From a virus (lineage: Duplodnaviria > Caudoviricetes): DNA of 64,000 nt. Both the position numbers and the translations under genes were made by a program. Below, piece after piece: positions 20,843 through 29,098 of this stretch; within the stretch, counting starts at the first letter, position 1; the number at the start of each line of letters is the position of its first letter. The notes under the pieces are model-generated. The model made no database searches, was not told where the DNA came from, and saw only the letters and a program-made list of their open reading frames with translations. The DNA lies in the IMG/VR virus record IMGVR_UViG_2700989574_000004, positions 18,729-82,728 of that record; one strand, 5' to 3'.

Positions 20843-22627
20843 TCACCAAAGGCCACGGCCGCTGAAGTCCGGCTCGTCATCATCGTCAAAAAATGGATCA
20901 CCGCCCCGGAAAGCATCCTGACGGCGGGAAATGGGTTCCCAGGAATAGGAGCCAGACCCGCGAGAGACGGCTATCATCCAGAGAATATGCAGCGCTGAGA
21001 GGCCATCATAATGATGACCGGTTTGCGGTTCCGGCCAGGTCTCCAGCTCCGACAACAGCAGCGTCAGACCCGGATTAAACAAAATGGACGGGTTCAGGGT
21101 GTCATTGATGTAAGGCTCCAGCCCTTCAACACGCACCTCCAGCGGCACACTGGCAGTCAGCCCGACCAGAGGGAGTGCCACACCCTGACGCAGCGCGTTT
21201 TTGATAAACGTCGAGCGGGAGTGCTCATAGGCGTTATTGTTCTCAAAACCGATGGCCAGACAGTTGAACTGGCGCTGCATCGAGATCAAATCCGCCTCCA
21301 GCTTTGACGGTACGCGCCGTTTTATCTCGGCTTCCATCACATGCAGGCGGTTATGCTGTTTGTCCCAGCCGCCCACCAGAATTGCGGAGGGGTCGCTGGT
21401 CTCGCCTTTCCCCATTGACGGATCACAGGCACCAAAAATCAGCCAGTCGCGCCAGCGCTGGGTAAAGAGCTGGATATTAATAAAGGTGCGATCTTCGTCG
21501 GTGCGCGGGTCACCCTGCATTTCGGTGGCAAACGCTTTGCCGTTCTTTGCCCGCTGGCGCATCAGCCAGTAGAGCGTGCGAACGGCGGGCCATGAGGTCA
21601 CAGCGCCTTCATCCATCGTTGCCTGATGCGCCTGGTAAAACCGGTATGACGGCAGGTTGTCCTGCGGCAGGTCAAGTCCCAGCTCCGCTGCCTGCTCTTC
21701 GGCGCGTTTATCGTCGTTGAGCATCTTCTCCTGGCACTGCTCCCATAAATCCATATGGAGCGGCAGCGTCACGATGGCGCGGAAGTGGTGGACAACGTGT
21801 CCGATAGTCTTTTTCGCGCGGCTGATAGGGTCATCTTTATTCAGCACCGTCCCGACGCCCAGGTATTTCACCGAACCATCAGGCGGGCCCAGGTATTCGA
21901 TAGCCTTTGAAATCCAGTTCCAGCGGTTCTCACGCTCAGTCGGGGATTTTGCCTCGGCATCGGTAATCAGGTCATCGCCCAGCAGTAGCTTAGGACGGCT
22001 GGCACCGTGGAACGTCCCGCGAATCGCCTGTTCGGCACCAAATGCCTCCACCTTAACGCCTGTCAGCGTGGTGAACTCGCCGATCTTCCACTGGCCGCTA
22101 CGGCCGCAGACCTCCGGAAAATCCAGCATCAGCGCGGCATTCATGGTCAGCTCGGTTTTGACGACCTCAAGCAGCTTTGTCGGCAGTTTTGTTTCAGCGC
22201 CCAGCAGGATGATGTAGTCAATAAAAGGCGGACGTTCGCCGGTAAAGCCCAGCGCTTCGCGTACTTCATCACGCTGATGCAGTCCCTGCACGGCACACCA
22301 GACCGGGCCGACTTTGGTCAACAGGGATGACTTCGCCTCGCCACGCGGGGCAATCCACCATTCCACCGCGCCGCCCGGACGGGCCAGCAACTGGGGGTAA
22401 CGGGTGCAGAAGTGCGCATGAAACAGGGACTTTTCGCCCCGGATATGATGCGGGAAGTAGGTATAGGCGAAAAACTCAAAATCACCGCTCAGAACACGAC
22501 GGCGGCGCTCCCGGATAGCATCCGGGGAGGTGTCGAGACCGGAACTGTGAGCGCTGATATCGGCTCGCAGCGCGTGCCGCAGCATCGCCAGCTCTTTTAA
22601 AAAGTCGCGTCCGCTTAACTGGCTCAT
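20843..22627 (-). CDS. Terminase large subunit (inner phage)
   Basis: APRGEAKS Walker A-like, RPKLLLGDD Walker B, DPSMGK and HYDGLSA nuclease motifs. Confidence 0.92.
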   Translation of the reverse strand: MSQLSGRDFLKELAMLRHALRADISAHSSGLDTSPDAIRERRRRVLSGDFEFFAYTYFPHHIRGEKSLFHAHFCTRYPQLLARPGGAVEWWIAPRGEAKSSLLTKVGPVWCAVQGLHQRDEVREALGFTGERPPFIDYIILLGAETKLPTKLLEVVKTELTMNAALMLDFPEVCGRSGQWKIGEFTTLTGVKVEAFGAEQAIRGTFHGASRPKLLLGDDLITDAEAKSPTERENRWNWISKAIEYLGPPDGSVKYLGVGTVLNKDDPISRAKKTIGHVVHHFRAIVTLPLHMDLWEQCQEKMLNDDKRAEEQAAELGLDLPQDNLPSYRFYQAHQATMDEGAVTSWPAVRTLYWLMRQRAKNGKAFATEMQGDPRTDEDRTFINIQLFTQRWRDWLIFGACDPSMGKGETSDPSAILVGGWDKQHNRLHVMEAEIKRRVPSKLEADLISMQRQFNCLAIGFENNNAYEHSRSTFIKNALRQGVALPLVGLTASVPLEVRVEGLEPYINDTLNPSILFNPGLTLLLSELETWPEPQTGHHYDGLSALHILWMIAVSRGSGSYSWEPISRRQDAFRGGDPFFDDDDEPDFSGRGLW

Positions 22628-22658
22628 AGTGCCTCATTGCGATTGAGGCTCCGATAAA

Positions 22659-22667
22659 TGCTAAGAT
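22659..22667 (+). promoter_or_regulatory. Extended -10 promoter candidate for the antisense moron
   Basis: TGcTAAGAT ~45 nt upstream of ATG 22711, lying inside a 10-bp inverted repeat. Confidence 0.5.
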
Positions 22668-22710
22668 CCGTTTGCCACAACATCTCTTATAACTACCGGA
22701 GCCTCAGATT

Positions 22711-23217
22711 ATGGATATTACAGGTTTCACGTCTCTTTTTGATTCGGTCAAAGCCGTCAAAGATGTCGTCAAAGCTGCCTCAGATATGAAAACCAATGTC
22801 GCTATTAACGAAAAAGCGACTGAAATTTACAGCTATCTTAATGACGTCCAGGAAAAGCTAATGGCGCTGCAGATAGAGCACATGACGATGGCGCGCCTCA
22901 AAGACGATCTCGAACGTCAGGTTGTACAACTTACGGAGTGGAATCAGGATAAACAGCATTATGCGCTGACCAAACTTCCCTCTGGTGCCCTGGTGTACCA
23001 GCTCAAGCCTGCGTATCAGGGTGATGAGCCCGTACATCAACTGTGCCCCAATTGCTATCAAAAACAGGTTAAGTCGATTATTCAGTTTCATGGATACTCC
23101 CAGTGGCATTCGGTCTTAAAATGCCCTAACTGTTCTGCTGAGTTTTTCAATGAACGGCAGGATATGAAATGTTATTCAGTCGGAAGACGCAGTAGTTTTG
23201 ATACAGATGATTACTAA
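22711..23217 (+). CDS. Antisense moron: coiled-coil + CxxC..CxxC Zn-ribbon protein
   Basis: 168 aa, GGAG RBS, AT-richer than neighbours, CPNC twice; opposite strand to the late operon. Confidence 0.85.
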   Translation: MDITGFTSLFDSVKAVKDVVKAASDMKTNVAINEKATEIYSYLNDVQEKLMALQIEHMTMARLKDDLERQVVQLTEWNQDKQHYALTKLPSGALVYQLKPAYQGDEPVHQLCPNCYQKQVKSIIQFHGYSQWHSVLKCPNCSAEFFNERQDMKCYSVGRRSSFDTDDY

Positions 23218-23423
23218 TCATCAGATTCAACACTGGCCATATTTACTTCATCAACCAACTGAGCCAGACGCGCCCATGCGGTCTGGCCATAACCCTGCTC
23301 AGCAAAAACAATGCGCCCGTCATTCAGCAACACTTTGACCTGACGGTTACAGTCAATATGCATATCGTCGATGGTAGTGGCTGCTACATAGTGATCGCTT
23401 GCGAGCCGAATCATCCTAGCCAT
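23214..23423 (-). CDS. Small late protein coupled to terS, convergent with the moron
   Basis: 69 aa, GAGG RBS, start overlaps terS end, stop overlaps the moron stop by 4 bp. Confidence 0.7.
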   Translation of the reverse strand: MARMIRLASDHYVAATTIDDMHIDCNRQVKVLLNDGRIVFAEQGYGQTAWARLAQLVDEVNMASVESDD

Positions 23424-23919
23424 AAATCCTCTCTATCTCTTTTCCGAAGCCTTCCAGCAGATCGCCAAATGCCTGCAACTGCTGCGGGTGGTTGTCTTTG
23501 ATGAATGCAGCCAGCAGTTGCAGAACTTCCAGCGCGACGGCAAGGCGGGTCACTTCCGGCATAGCCCGCTTACTGCTGGCCACTGCTTTATTAAAGGCAT
23601 CGGACAGGCTGGCCAGCAGCTTTACGCGCTCGGCGGGCTCAATGGCCACATCGTCATAAGCCAGCTTGTCCATCGTGGTTTTGAACTGCACAACCAACCC
23701 GGTAAACATGGCCAGCGTCAGCTCCTCGATGCCGCCGCCAGCCAGCAGGCGAGCCCCCCGGAGCGTTTCCCAGTCATCACCCGCCGCTTTGCTGTCATTC
23801 TTCCAGCGCTGCGCCGTTCCGTAAGACACACCACACTGAACGGCCGCCACCTCAAGAGAAAGGCCGTCAAAAACATAAGCTCTGCGGACGCGGTCTCGCG
23901 TCTCTGGCGGGTATGCCAT
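23416..23919 (-). CDS. Terminase small subunit candidate (DUF1804)
   Basis: MAYPPETRDRVRRAYVF..LSLE.AA...GVSY.TA.RWK......GDDW HTH pattern. Confidence 0.8.
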   Translation of the reverse strand: MAYPPETRDRVRRAYVFDGLSLEVAAVQCGVSYGTAQRWKNDSKAAGDDWETLRGARLLAGGGIEELTLAMFTGLVVQFKTTMDKLAYDDVAIEPAERVKLLASLSDAFNKAVASSKRAMPEVTRLAVALEVLQLLAAFIKDNHPQQLQAFGDLLEGFGKEIERIYG

Positions 23920-24146
23920 CAGCCAACCCCCAGCTTTGCCTTGATCAACAGAATGGTGGTGTAAACCAGACCACCGGAAACACCGCCGGAAATCGCACCG
24001 GCGATGGCCCCCTGGCGGATAGCAGATGATTTAACTTCATCCAGATTCCCTTCCATACGGGCAAGACGCTCATTAATTTCAGACAGTAACGCCATCTCAG
24101 CAGAGGTGACCTGTCCCCGACGGTAACGCGAAGTGCGCCGCGCCAT
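23919..24146 (-). CDS. Small membrane protein
   Basis: 75 aa, GAIAGAISGGVSGG transmembrane segment, coupled. Confidence 0.7.
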   Translation of the reverse strand: MARRTSRYRRGQVTSAEMALLSEINERLARMEGNLDEVKSSAIRQGAIAGAISGGVSGGLVYTTILLIKAKLGVG

Positions 24147-24397
24147 TAGCTGCTCCTTTTATCCGCCTTGCGGTCTAGTTTTTGGTCGATGTGTTCCACG
24201 CTGCGCTTAACCTCGCGCAGCAGTTCCAGAAGCTGATCGTTGTCGCGTCGGGCATCATCACGGCGCTGGTATTCGGTGCGGACGGCCTGCACGGCCGTCC
24301 GCAGCTCTTTAATCTCCGCAAACAGGTAGCGAATGAGTCCGCCAAACAGGGTTGAGGTGATGGCGAGGACGATATTGAAAGCCACTTCAAAGGTCAT
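24146..24397 (-). CDS. TM + coiled-coil protein after the spanins
   Basis: 83 aa, N-terminal hydrophobic helix, KLDRKADK end. Confidence 0.7.
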   Translation of the reverse strand: MTFEVAFNIVLAITSTLFGGLIRYLFAEIKELRTAVQAVRTEYQRRDDARRDNDQLLELLREVKRSVEHIDQKLDRKADKRSS

Positions 24398-25002
24398 TTG
24401 CCCTCCCTGTCATACCAGGCACCCAGTTTTATCAGCTGGCTTTCCAGCTTCTGGCACCACGCGCCATAATCGCTGCTGTGGTTCAGTAAGCCTGCGGGGG
24501 AGAGTCCGCCTCCGCTGCCGGAGGTCTTCCCGATACGTCCAGCAGTTCCGCCGGTGGTCGCTTGCAGACGGTTATCACAGGGGTAACCGAGGGCGCTGTT
24601 GTAGAGGCACAGCCCGCGAGGGCCAATACCGGTAAAGCCCACATCACCTTTAACCGCATCGCTAATCGCCTTTTTGAGTTCATTTTTTTTCTTCTCCAGC
24701 TCATCTTTTTTCTGCTGCAGCTCATGGGCCAGCTGGTCGCGCTCGCGCTCAATATCGGCCTGTTTGCGCCATGCCTCCGCGAGGGCTGCGGCTTTCTCTT
24801 CAGCCTCACGACGACGCAGCTCATTCAGGTCAGTCACTTTGGTGTTAAGCCGGGCGTTTTCCTTCTGAGCGGCCTGCAGGTTTTCGTCCTTCCGGTGCTC
24901 TTCGGCAATGCGGCCAATATTCATCCCCGCAACGGCCGCAGCGGCAATCAGGATGCAGGCCAGCCAGTGTTTTTTAAGGAACTCAAGAACCAGTATTTTC
25001 AT
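24394..25002 (-). CDS. i-spanin (Rz-like)
   Basis: N-terminal TM then long coiled coil; follows endolysin and holin. Confidence 0.8.
   Translation of the reverse strand: MKILVLEFLKKHWLACILIAAAAVAGMNIGRIAEEHRKDENLQAAQKENARLNTKVTDLNELRRREAEEKAAALAEAWRKQADIERERDQLAHELQQKKDELEKKKNELKKAISDAVKGDVGFTGIGPRGLCLYNSALGYPCDNRLQATTGGTAGRIGKTSGSGGGLSPAGLLNHSSDYGAWCQKLESQLIKLGAWYDREGK
24483..24659 (-). CDS. Embedded o-spanin lipoprotein (Rz1-like)
   Basis: MRLKVMWALPVLALAGC lipobox, Pro-rich mature part, in an alternative frame inside the i-spanin. Confidence 0.7.
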   Translation of the reverse strand: MRLKVMWALPVLALAGCASTTAPSVTPVITVCKRPPAELLDVSGRPPAAEADSPPQAY

Positions 25003-25246
25003 CCTGCGCCCCTTTATCAGAAGGTTCCCGGACAACACGATCACGCTTGATTGCGTGATATTTCGATGCCTGCGACTGTGTCACCCAGGCGGTGATGTAG
25101 CCGAGAAACAGCCACTCCGTCAGCTGGCCAGTCCAGGCGTACCAGAGCAAAACAGCCGTAGTGGCCACAAATGCGGCCATCACGATGGTGTCTGAGGTGG
25201 AAAGACGGCCTGATGCGGGATTGGTGATGAGGTCTCTGATCGCCAT
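24983..25246 (-). CDS. Putative holin (DUF2644-like)
   Basis: LITNPASGRLSTSDT motif, two TM segments, basic tail. Confidence 0.7.
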   Translation of the reverse strand: MAIRDLITNPASGRLSTSDTIVMAAFVATTAVLLWYAWTGQLTEWLFLGYITAWVTQSQASKYHAIKRDRVVREPSDKGAQDENTGS

Positions 25247-25248
25247 GA

Positions 25249-25782
25249 TTAAACCCGCTTCAGCCAGCCATACAGGAAGGCTTCGTTCTGCGGCCGGGAT
25301 TCCGCCAGCTCCAGATACCGGTGCCCCTGAGTGCAGTTGAGCGCCCGGAGCAGAATTGTCTCCGCATCGCTCCCGCGTTTTGAAAAGTAGGCTTTCAGAG
25401 CGTTGATGGTGCGGGGGCCAATCTGGCCGTCAGCGATCAAATCGGGGTAAAGTTTGCCGCCATCGTTGAGGGCCGTCAGCCAGCGCTGCAGCCATTTGGC
25501 CGGAACTGACGGGCCCATGTTCACGCCGGTATCGCAAAGCTCGGCGGCTATCTCCGGGGAAACGGCCGCCACCAGATCGAAGCGCGGGCCGTACCAGTAA
25601 TCGGATTCATAGATGGCCAGCGCCTGGCTGCGGGTCAGCGCCCGCATATCGCCGGTGTATCCATGCGCCAGGGCGGTAGCCTGCGTAATGCCGAAATTAG
25701 TCGGGCCGCCTTTGTCGGCGGGATGGTTGGTATACCCGCCTTCAGCGTTCAGAATCGACTGAAAAATAGTGTCTTTGTTCAT
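25249..25782 (-). CDS. GH108 endolysin with peptidoglycan-binding domain
   Basis: EGGY..HP.D.GG.TNFGIT, D.GVNMG, DG.IGP.T, F..GW. Confidence 0.92.
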   Translation of the reverse strand: MNKDTIFQSILNAEGGYTNHPADKGGPTNFGITQATALAHGYTGDMRALTRSQALAIYESDYWYGPRFDLVAAVSPEIAAELCDTGVNMGPSVPAKWLQRWLTALNDGGKLYPDLIADGQIGPRTINALKAYFSKRGSDAETILLRALNCTQGHRYLELAESRPQNEAFLYGWLKRV

Positions 25783-25840
25783 GACGTCACCACCGGAAAT
25801 AAGATGGTGACAGGATGACAAATCAGGGGGATAAGAAAGC

Positions 25841-25860
25841 GGGGACGGGGTTCGTCCCCT
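25841..25860 (-). promoter_or_regulatory. Candidate late-activator site upstream of the lysis operon
   Basis: GGGGACGGGGTTCGTCCCC dyad; 16 bp shared with 17346..17361. Confidence 0.6.
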
Positions 25861-25880
25861 TAATCAGGGAGGCAAAACTA

Positions 25881-26330
25881 CTATAACAGATCAAGCTGGC
25901 GATACGATACCGGGCGCTCAGAAAGCAACTTTTGCGCCCAGCGGTCTGTTACGCCGTACTTCGGACAAAGCGTGATGCGGGCAAATCGGGAACTTTCACC
26001 GGCGGCCACCAGTTCGTTATGCTCCCGAATAAACTCGCGGTTCCGCCACTCCCGCAGGGCACGGTCACAGCGGGGAATATACAACGGTTCGCCGCCAAAG
26101 TGGTGCTCAATGATCCGGGCGGTCTCCTGACCAACCAGCTCCTTGAGCACTTCACCGCGCCGGTTGCCTTTCTGGCGGGTTCCGGTTCCCACTTTCCAGG
26201 TGATGCCGCCGATGGCGCTGATTAGCGTTTCTGTTTTCGCATAACCAATCAGTGAGATCAACTCAATCACGACCTCCGGTAACAGCGCTTCAACCTGGCT
26301 TAAATCGGGTTTTATCTCACTGTATTTCAT
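25881..26330 (-). CDS. Mor/C-family transcription activator
   Basis: FGGEPLYIPRC..A.RE.RNREF and C-terminal HTH (KYGVTDRWAQKLL). Confidence 0.88.
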   Translation of the reverse strand: MKYSEIKPDLSQVEALLPEVVIELISLIGYAKTETLISAIGGITWKVGTGTRQKGNRRGEVLKELVGQETARIIEHHFGGEPLYIPRCDRALREWRNREFIREHNELVAAGESSRFARITLCPKYGVTDRWAQKLLSERPVSYRQLDLL

Positions 26331-26333
26331 GGA

Positions 26334-26750
26334 TCACCCCCTCTGTTTCCGGCGTTTGGCATCAATAATCAGCGCCTTCATGACCGCAGACAGCTGCTCG
26401 ACGGTGAGCCACTCCAGAACGTGCTGTTTGAACATATGCGCGGCCATGCCTTCGGCATATTCCCAGGGGCGTTTGGCCTCTGCCAGCAGCGCCTCGATTT
26501 TGGACAAAATCGCTGTTTTGGTCATAGCCACTTTCGGGCGGCGGCCGTGGCGGCGACTGGTACGCGGGAAGCCCTGTTCGTGCATGTACTCCCTGACTTT
26601 CTCCAGCTCGCCAAGGGAACATTTTGTTGCCGACGTTTTACCGTCACAGAGCCGGGCCAGCACGCTGCGATAGGTGGTATCGTCCCAGCGCAGATAAGAC
26701 TGGCCGGTCTTGATCACACCGATAAGCGCTCTTGTATTAGGCGTTCTCAT
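26334..26750 (-). CDS. gemA: GemA (Mu gp16)-family protein
   Basis: I..IK.G...L.WDD.TYRSVL.R...KTSA..CS..EL..V...M...GF; KIEAL. Confidence 0.8.
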   Translation of the reverse strand: MRTPNTRALIGVIKTGQSYLRWDDTTYRSVLARLCDGKTSATKCSLGELEKVREYMHEQGFPRTSRRHGRRPKVAMTKTAILSKIEALLAEAKRPWEYAEGMAAHMFKQHVLEWLTVEQLSAVMKALIIDAKRRKQRG

Positions 26751-26988
26751 GGGTTCCTCCGTTATTCTCTGACGCAGTTTCCGGCTCCAGGCGGTTCACG
26801 GATAAACCACCAATCATGCCCTCGATGCGCACAACCAGACGGCCGCTCTTCATATGCCAGGCTTCAGAACGGGTCGTGACATAACACCAGTCCGGGATAC
26901 CCGGCACCGGGTAATACTTAAACCGGGTGCCGACAGGAAAACGCTGGTTAAAATTGCTGGCGGTCATATTACGCAGGAGATTTTTCAT
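26737..26988 (-). CDS. Hypothetical early protein
   Basis: 83 aa, GGAG RBS, coupled to gemA. Confidence 0.7.
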   Translation of the reverse strand: MKNLLRNMTASNFNQRFPVGTRFKYYPVPGIPDWCYVTTRSEAWHMKSGRLVVRIEGMIGGLSVNRLEPETASENNGGTHENA

Positions 26989-27245
26989 TACTTAGCTCCT
27001 TTATTACTGGAATACCGCTTTAGATCAAAATTGATAGTTGCTCTGTAATCAGGAAATAAACCGGATTTCTTATGGCGGAACACTTGTCCACTCTCTGCCG
27101 CCATATTGAAATAACGCTGAACAGCATCACGATTCATTCCTAATATTTCGCAGGCATCACGAACAGTCAGACGTCCTCTTTTTCGGGTTTCATCGACAAT
27201 CTTCTGTATAAAACCCTTCCGCTGTTTCGCCGTAATCATTGCCAT
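26988..27245 (-). CDS. Winged-HTH protein (DUF977-like)
   Basis: GRLTVRDACEILGMNRDAVQRYF HTH; GAGG RBS. Confidence 0.7.
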   Translation of the reverse strand: MAMITAKQRKGFIQKIVDETRKRGRLTVRDACEILGMNRDAVQRYFNMAAESGQVFRHKKSGLFPDYRATINFDLKRYSSNKGAK

Positions 27246-27254
27246 AAAGCACCT

Positions 27255-27404
27255 CTATAAAACAAAGTTAAAAATGGCGATGGATAATGCTGAAATAAGA
27301 GTGATGATGATTACAGTCCAGAAACTACGGCGCTCTGCGGAATCTCTGAACTGTGCCGCCTCGGCCATCATTTTTTGTTTGTCAGCGTCCGGAGGTGAGT
27401 TCAT
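27255..27404 (-). CDS. Possible small membrane protein
   Basis: C-terminal hydrophobic helix FWTVIIITLISALSIAIFNFVL; start uncertain. Confidence 0.4.
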   Translation of the reverse strand: MNSPPDADKQKMMAEAAQFRDSAERRSFWTVIIITLISALSIAIFNFVL

Positions 27405-27921
27405 GCCAGCGATCCATAAATAGTTTTCTTGCCTGACGGGGCAATAATGGGTTGATCGTGAATTCATTGGTCGGATGAATACCCCGAAGAATGGCCCACT
27501 CACTATCATCGTCAATAAACAGGTCGCGGCGTTCTGTCGCCAGCATGATGAGGTCGGCCTGTTTGACTACAGGACTCATGGTTTCAGGGAGGCCGAATTT
27601 CTGGCTGATTAAACCCTCAACCCATTTTTCAATACCGCGATAATCCGGCAGTAACGCTTTCAGCGGTGCCGCAATATCATTGCAGTAAGCTTCGCTGGCA
27701 TCATGCAGCAGCGCTTCCAGCGCAAACTCAGCAGGTACCAGGTAACTGGCAAGTACAGAATGCTGCGCGACGCTGTAGAACTCGTCGAGATGACCAGTAA
27801 AACGACACAGGTTAGAAAGCGCCTGGGCGATATCATCAATAAACACAATGTCAGAGCCAGAATTACAAAAATAAAAGTGCTGACCTGACCAGGTGGTAAT
27901 AAAACGGTTTTCAGTATTCAT
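27382..27921 (-). CDS. HD-domain nucleotidase (YfdR/YfbR-like)
   Basis: DIAQALS.LCRF.GH...FYSVAQHS...ALLHDASEAY..D...PLK; D..MLATERRD. Confidence 0.88.
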   Translation of the reverse strand: MNTENRFITTWSGQHFYFCNSGSDIVFIDDIAQALSNLCRFTGHLDEFYSVAQHSVLASYLVPAEFALEALLHDASEAYCNDIAAPLKALLPDYRGIEKWVEGLISQKFGLPETMSPVVKQADLIMLATERRDLFIDDDSEWAILRGIHPTNEFTINPLLPRQARKLFMDRWHELTSGR

Positions 27922-28145
27922 TATGCTAATCTCCAGCGTTTCTTATGACGTTCTACGGCTTGTTTCATGGCGGTCTTATCAGCTGGTTTGCGGATAGACT
28001 GACCGGATTTTGTGTAAAACTGGAATCGTGTCTTGCCCGGATATTTAGGATGCTCAATAACAACAGCATCATTATTCAGATGGTAAATACGCTTATCGCC
28101 TTTATCCTGAATTTCACAACCAGATACACTAAGGAACTCGGCCAT
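27921..28145 (-). CDS. Hypothetical basic protein
   Basis: 74 aa with RBS, coupled. Confidence 0.65.
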   Translation of the reverse strand: MAEFLSVSGCEIQDKGDKRIYHLNNDAVVIEHPKYPGKTRFQFYTKSGQSIRKPADKTAMKQAVERHKKRWRLA

Positions 28146-28154
28146 ATATCCCCC

Positions 28155-28670
28155 TTACGAAATGGTTTTCTCTGCCGCTTTATATTCCGACTCGACAATT
28201 TCAGTTGCGCCCGAATCCGGGGAGGGGGTGACGTCAGTTTTGAAATAGATGACGTCGCCGACACGGAAATGGGTGATACCACAAAGGATCAACATCCCCC
28301 ATTCGACCCCCAGCGCTTTCCAGTAGGGCTCTCGTGAGATCCGTTCCGTGGGGCGACCGTCATCCCACACGTCCAGCAGTTGCTGATGCTCCTCGCGGCG
28401 CTCGCGGGGAATGCGGGTCTTGCCTCGGGGTTCACGCGTATAACCATTCTGCGAGCGGGAAAGCGTCCAAAGACTGCTATGTCCAACAAGTGGCGCAGCA
28501 TCGAATGACAGACCGTGAAAGTGATAGTCCGTAGCGCTACCAGAAAAGACTGGCTTACCGCCAAATTTTTTAGCGAATGAGTCCGCTTTTTCTTTCAGCG
28601 CAATACGTTGGTTAATTTCATTGTCCCAGGCATCAAGCGCTGCCTTTTGAGTCGTTTTATAAAAGCCCAT
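28155..28670 (-). CDS. Hypothetical early protein (Eac/DUF5420-like)
   Basis: 171 aa, M.FYKT..AAL.AW start and EI.ESEY end resemble that family. Confidence 0.6.
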   Translation of the reverse strand: MGFYKTTQKAALDAWDNEINQRIALKEKADSFAKKFGGKPVFSGSATDYHFHGLSFDAAPLVGHSSLWTLSRSQNGYTREPRGKTRIPRERREEHQQLLDVWDDGRPTERISREPYWKALGVEWGMLILCGITHFRVGDVIYFKTDVTPSPDSGATEIVESEYKAAEKTIS

Positions 28671-28838
28671 TTAAACCCCCATAAACATTTTTGATACAAG
28701 ACCCCATGCTTTAATACCAAGCTGAATACAGACGCCCCAGAAGGTTATGCAAAACAAAATGCAAAACATCCAGGCTATTCCACGCAGATAAGGAGTCTTA
28801 ATCAGACGATTAATAATGGTTTCAAGATATGTTTTCAT
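28671..28838 (-). CDS. Small membrane protein
   Basis: Hydrophobic GIAWMFCILFCITFWGVCI; AGGA RBS. Confidence 0.55.
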   Translation of the reverse strand: MKTYLETIINRLIKTPYLRGIAWMFCILFCITFWGVCIQLGIKAWGLVSKMFMGV

Positions 28839-28908
28839 AACCGAAATCCTGTATTCAGGCGTAAGCATCCCCTGACGCATTACGCCATATAAAATAAATA
28901 GGGCTTAA

Positions 28909-29097
28909 TTAATCCTGACGGGAAAGAGAATTCACATTCGCCAGCCAGGGCTCAACGTTAATTTCAACAATTGTTGCTGATTTAAAATCTTTGGCCTCTG
29001 CAACCGTTCTTACCGCCCGACGCTCTGTTTCATTTGGGCGTTGATGCCAGAAGGCCAATCCCGGTTGATATTTACGGTTAAATTCTTTCGCTTTCAT
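28909..29097 (-). CDS. Hypothetical early protein
   Basis: 62 aa directly after the DUF3164 gene. Confidence 0.65.
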   Translation of the reverse strand: MKAKEFNRKYQPGLAFWHQRPNETERRAVRTVAEAKDFKSATIVEINVEPWLANVNSLSRQD

Positions 29098-29098
29098 A

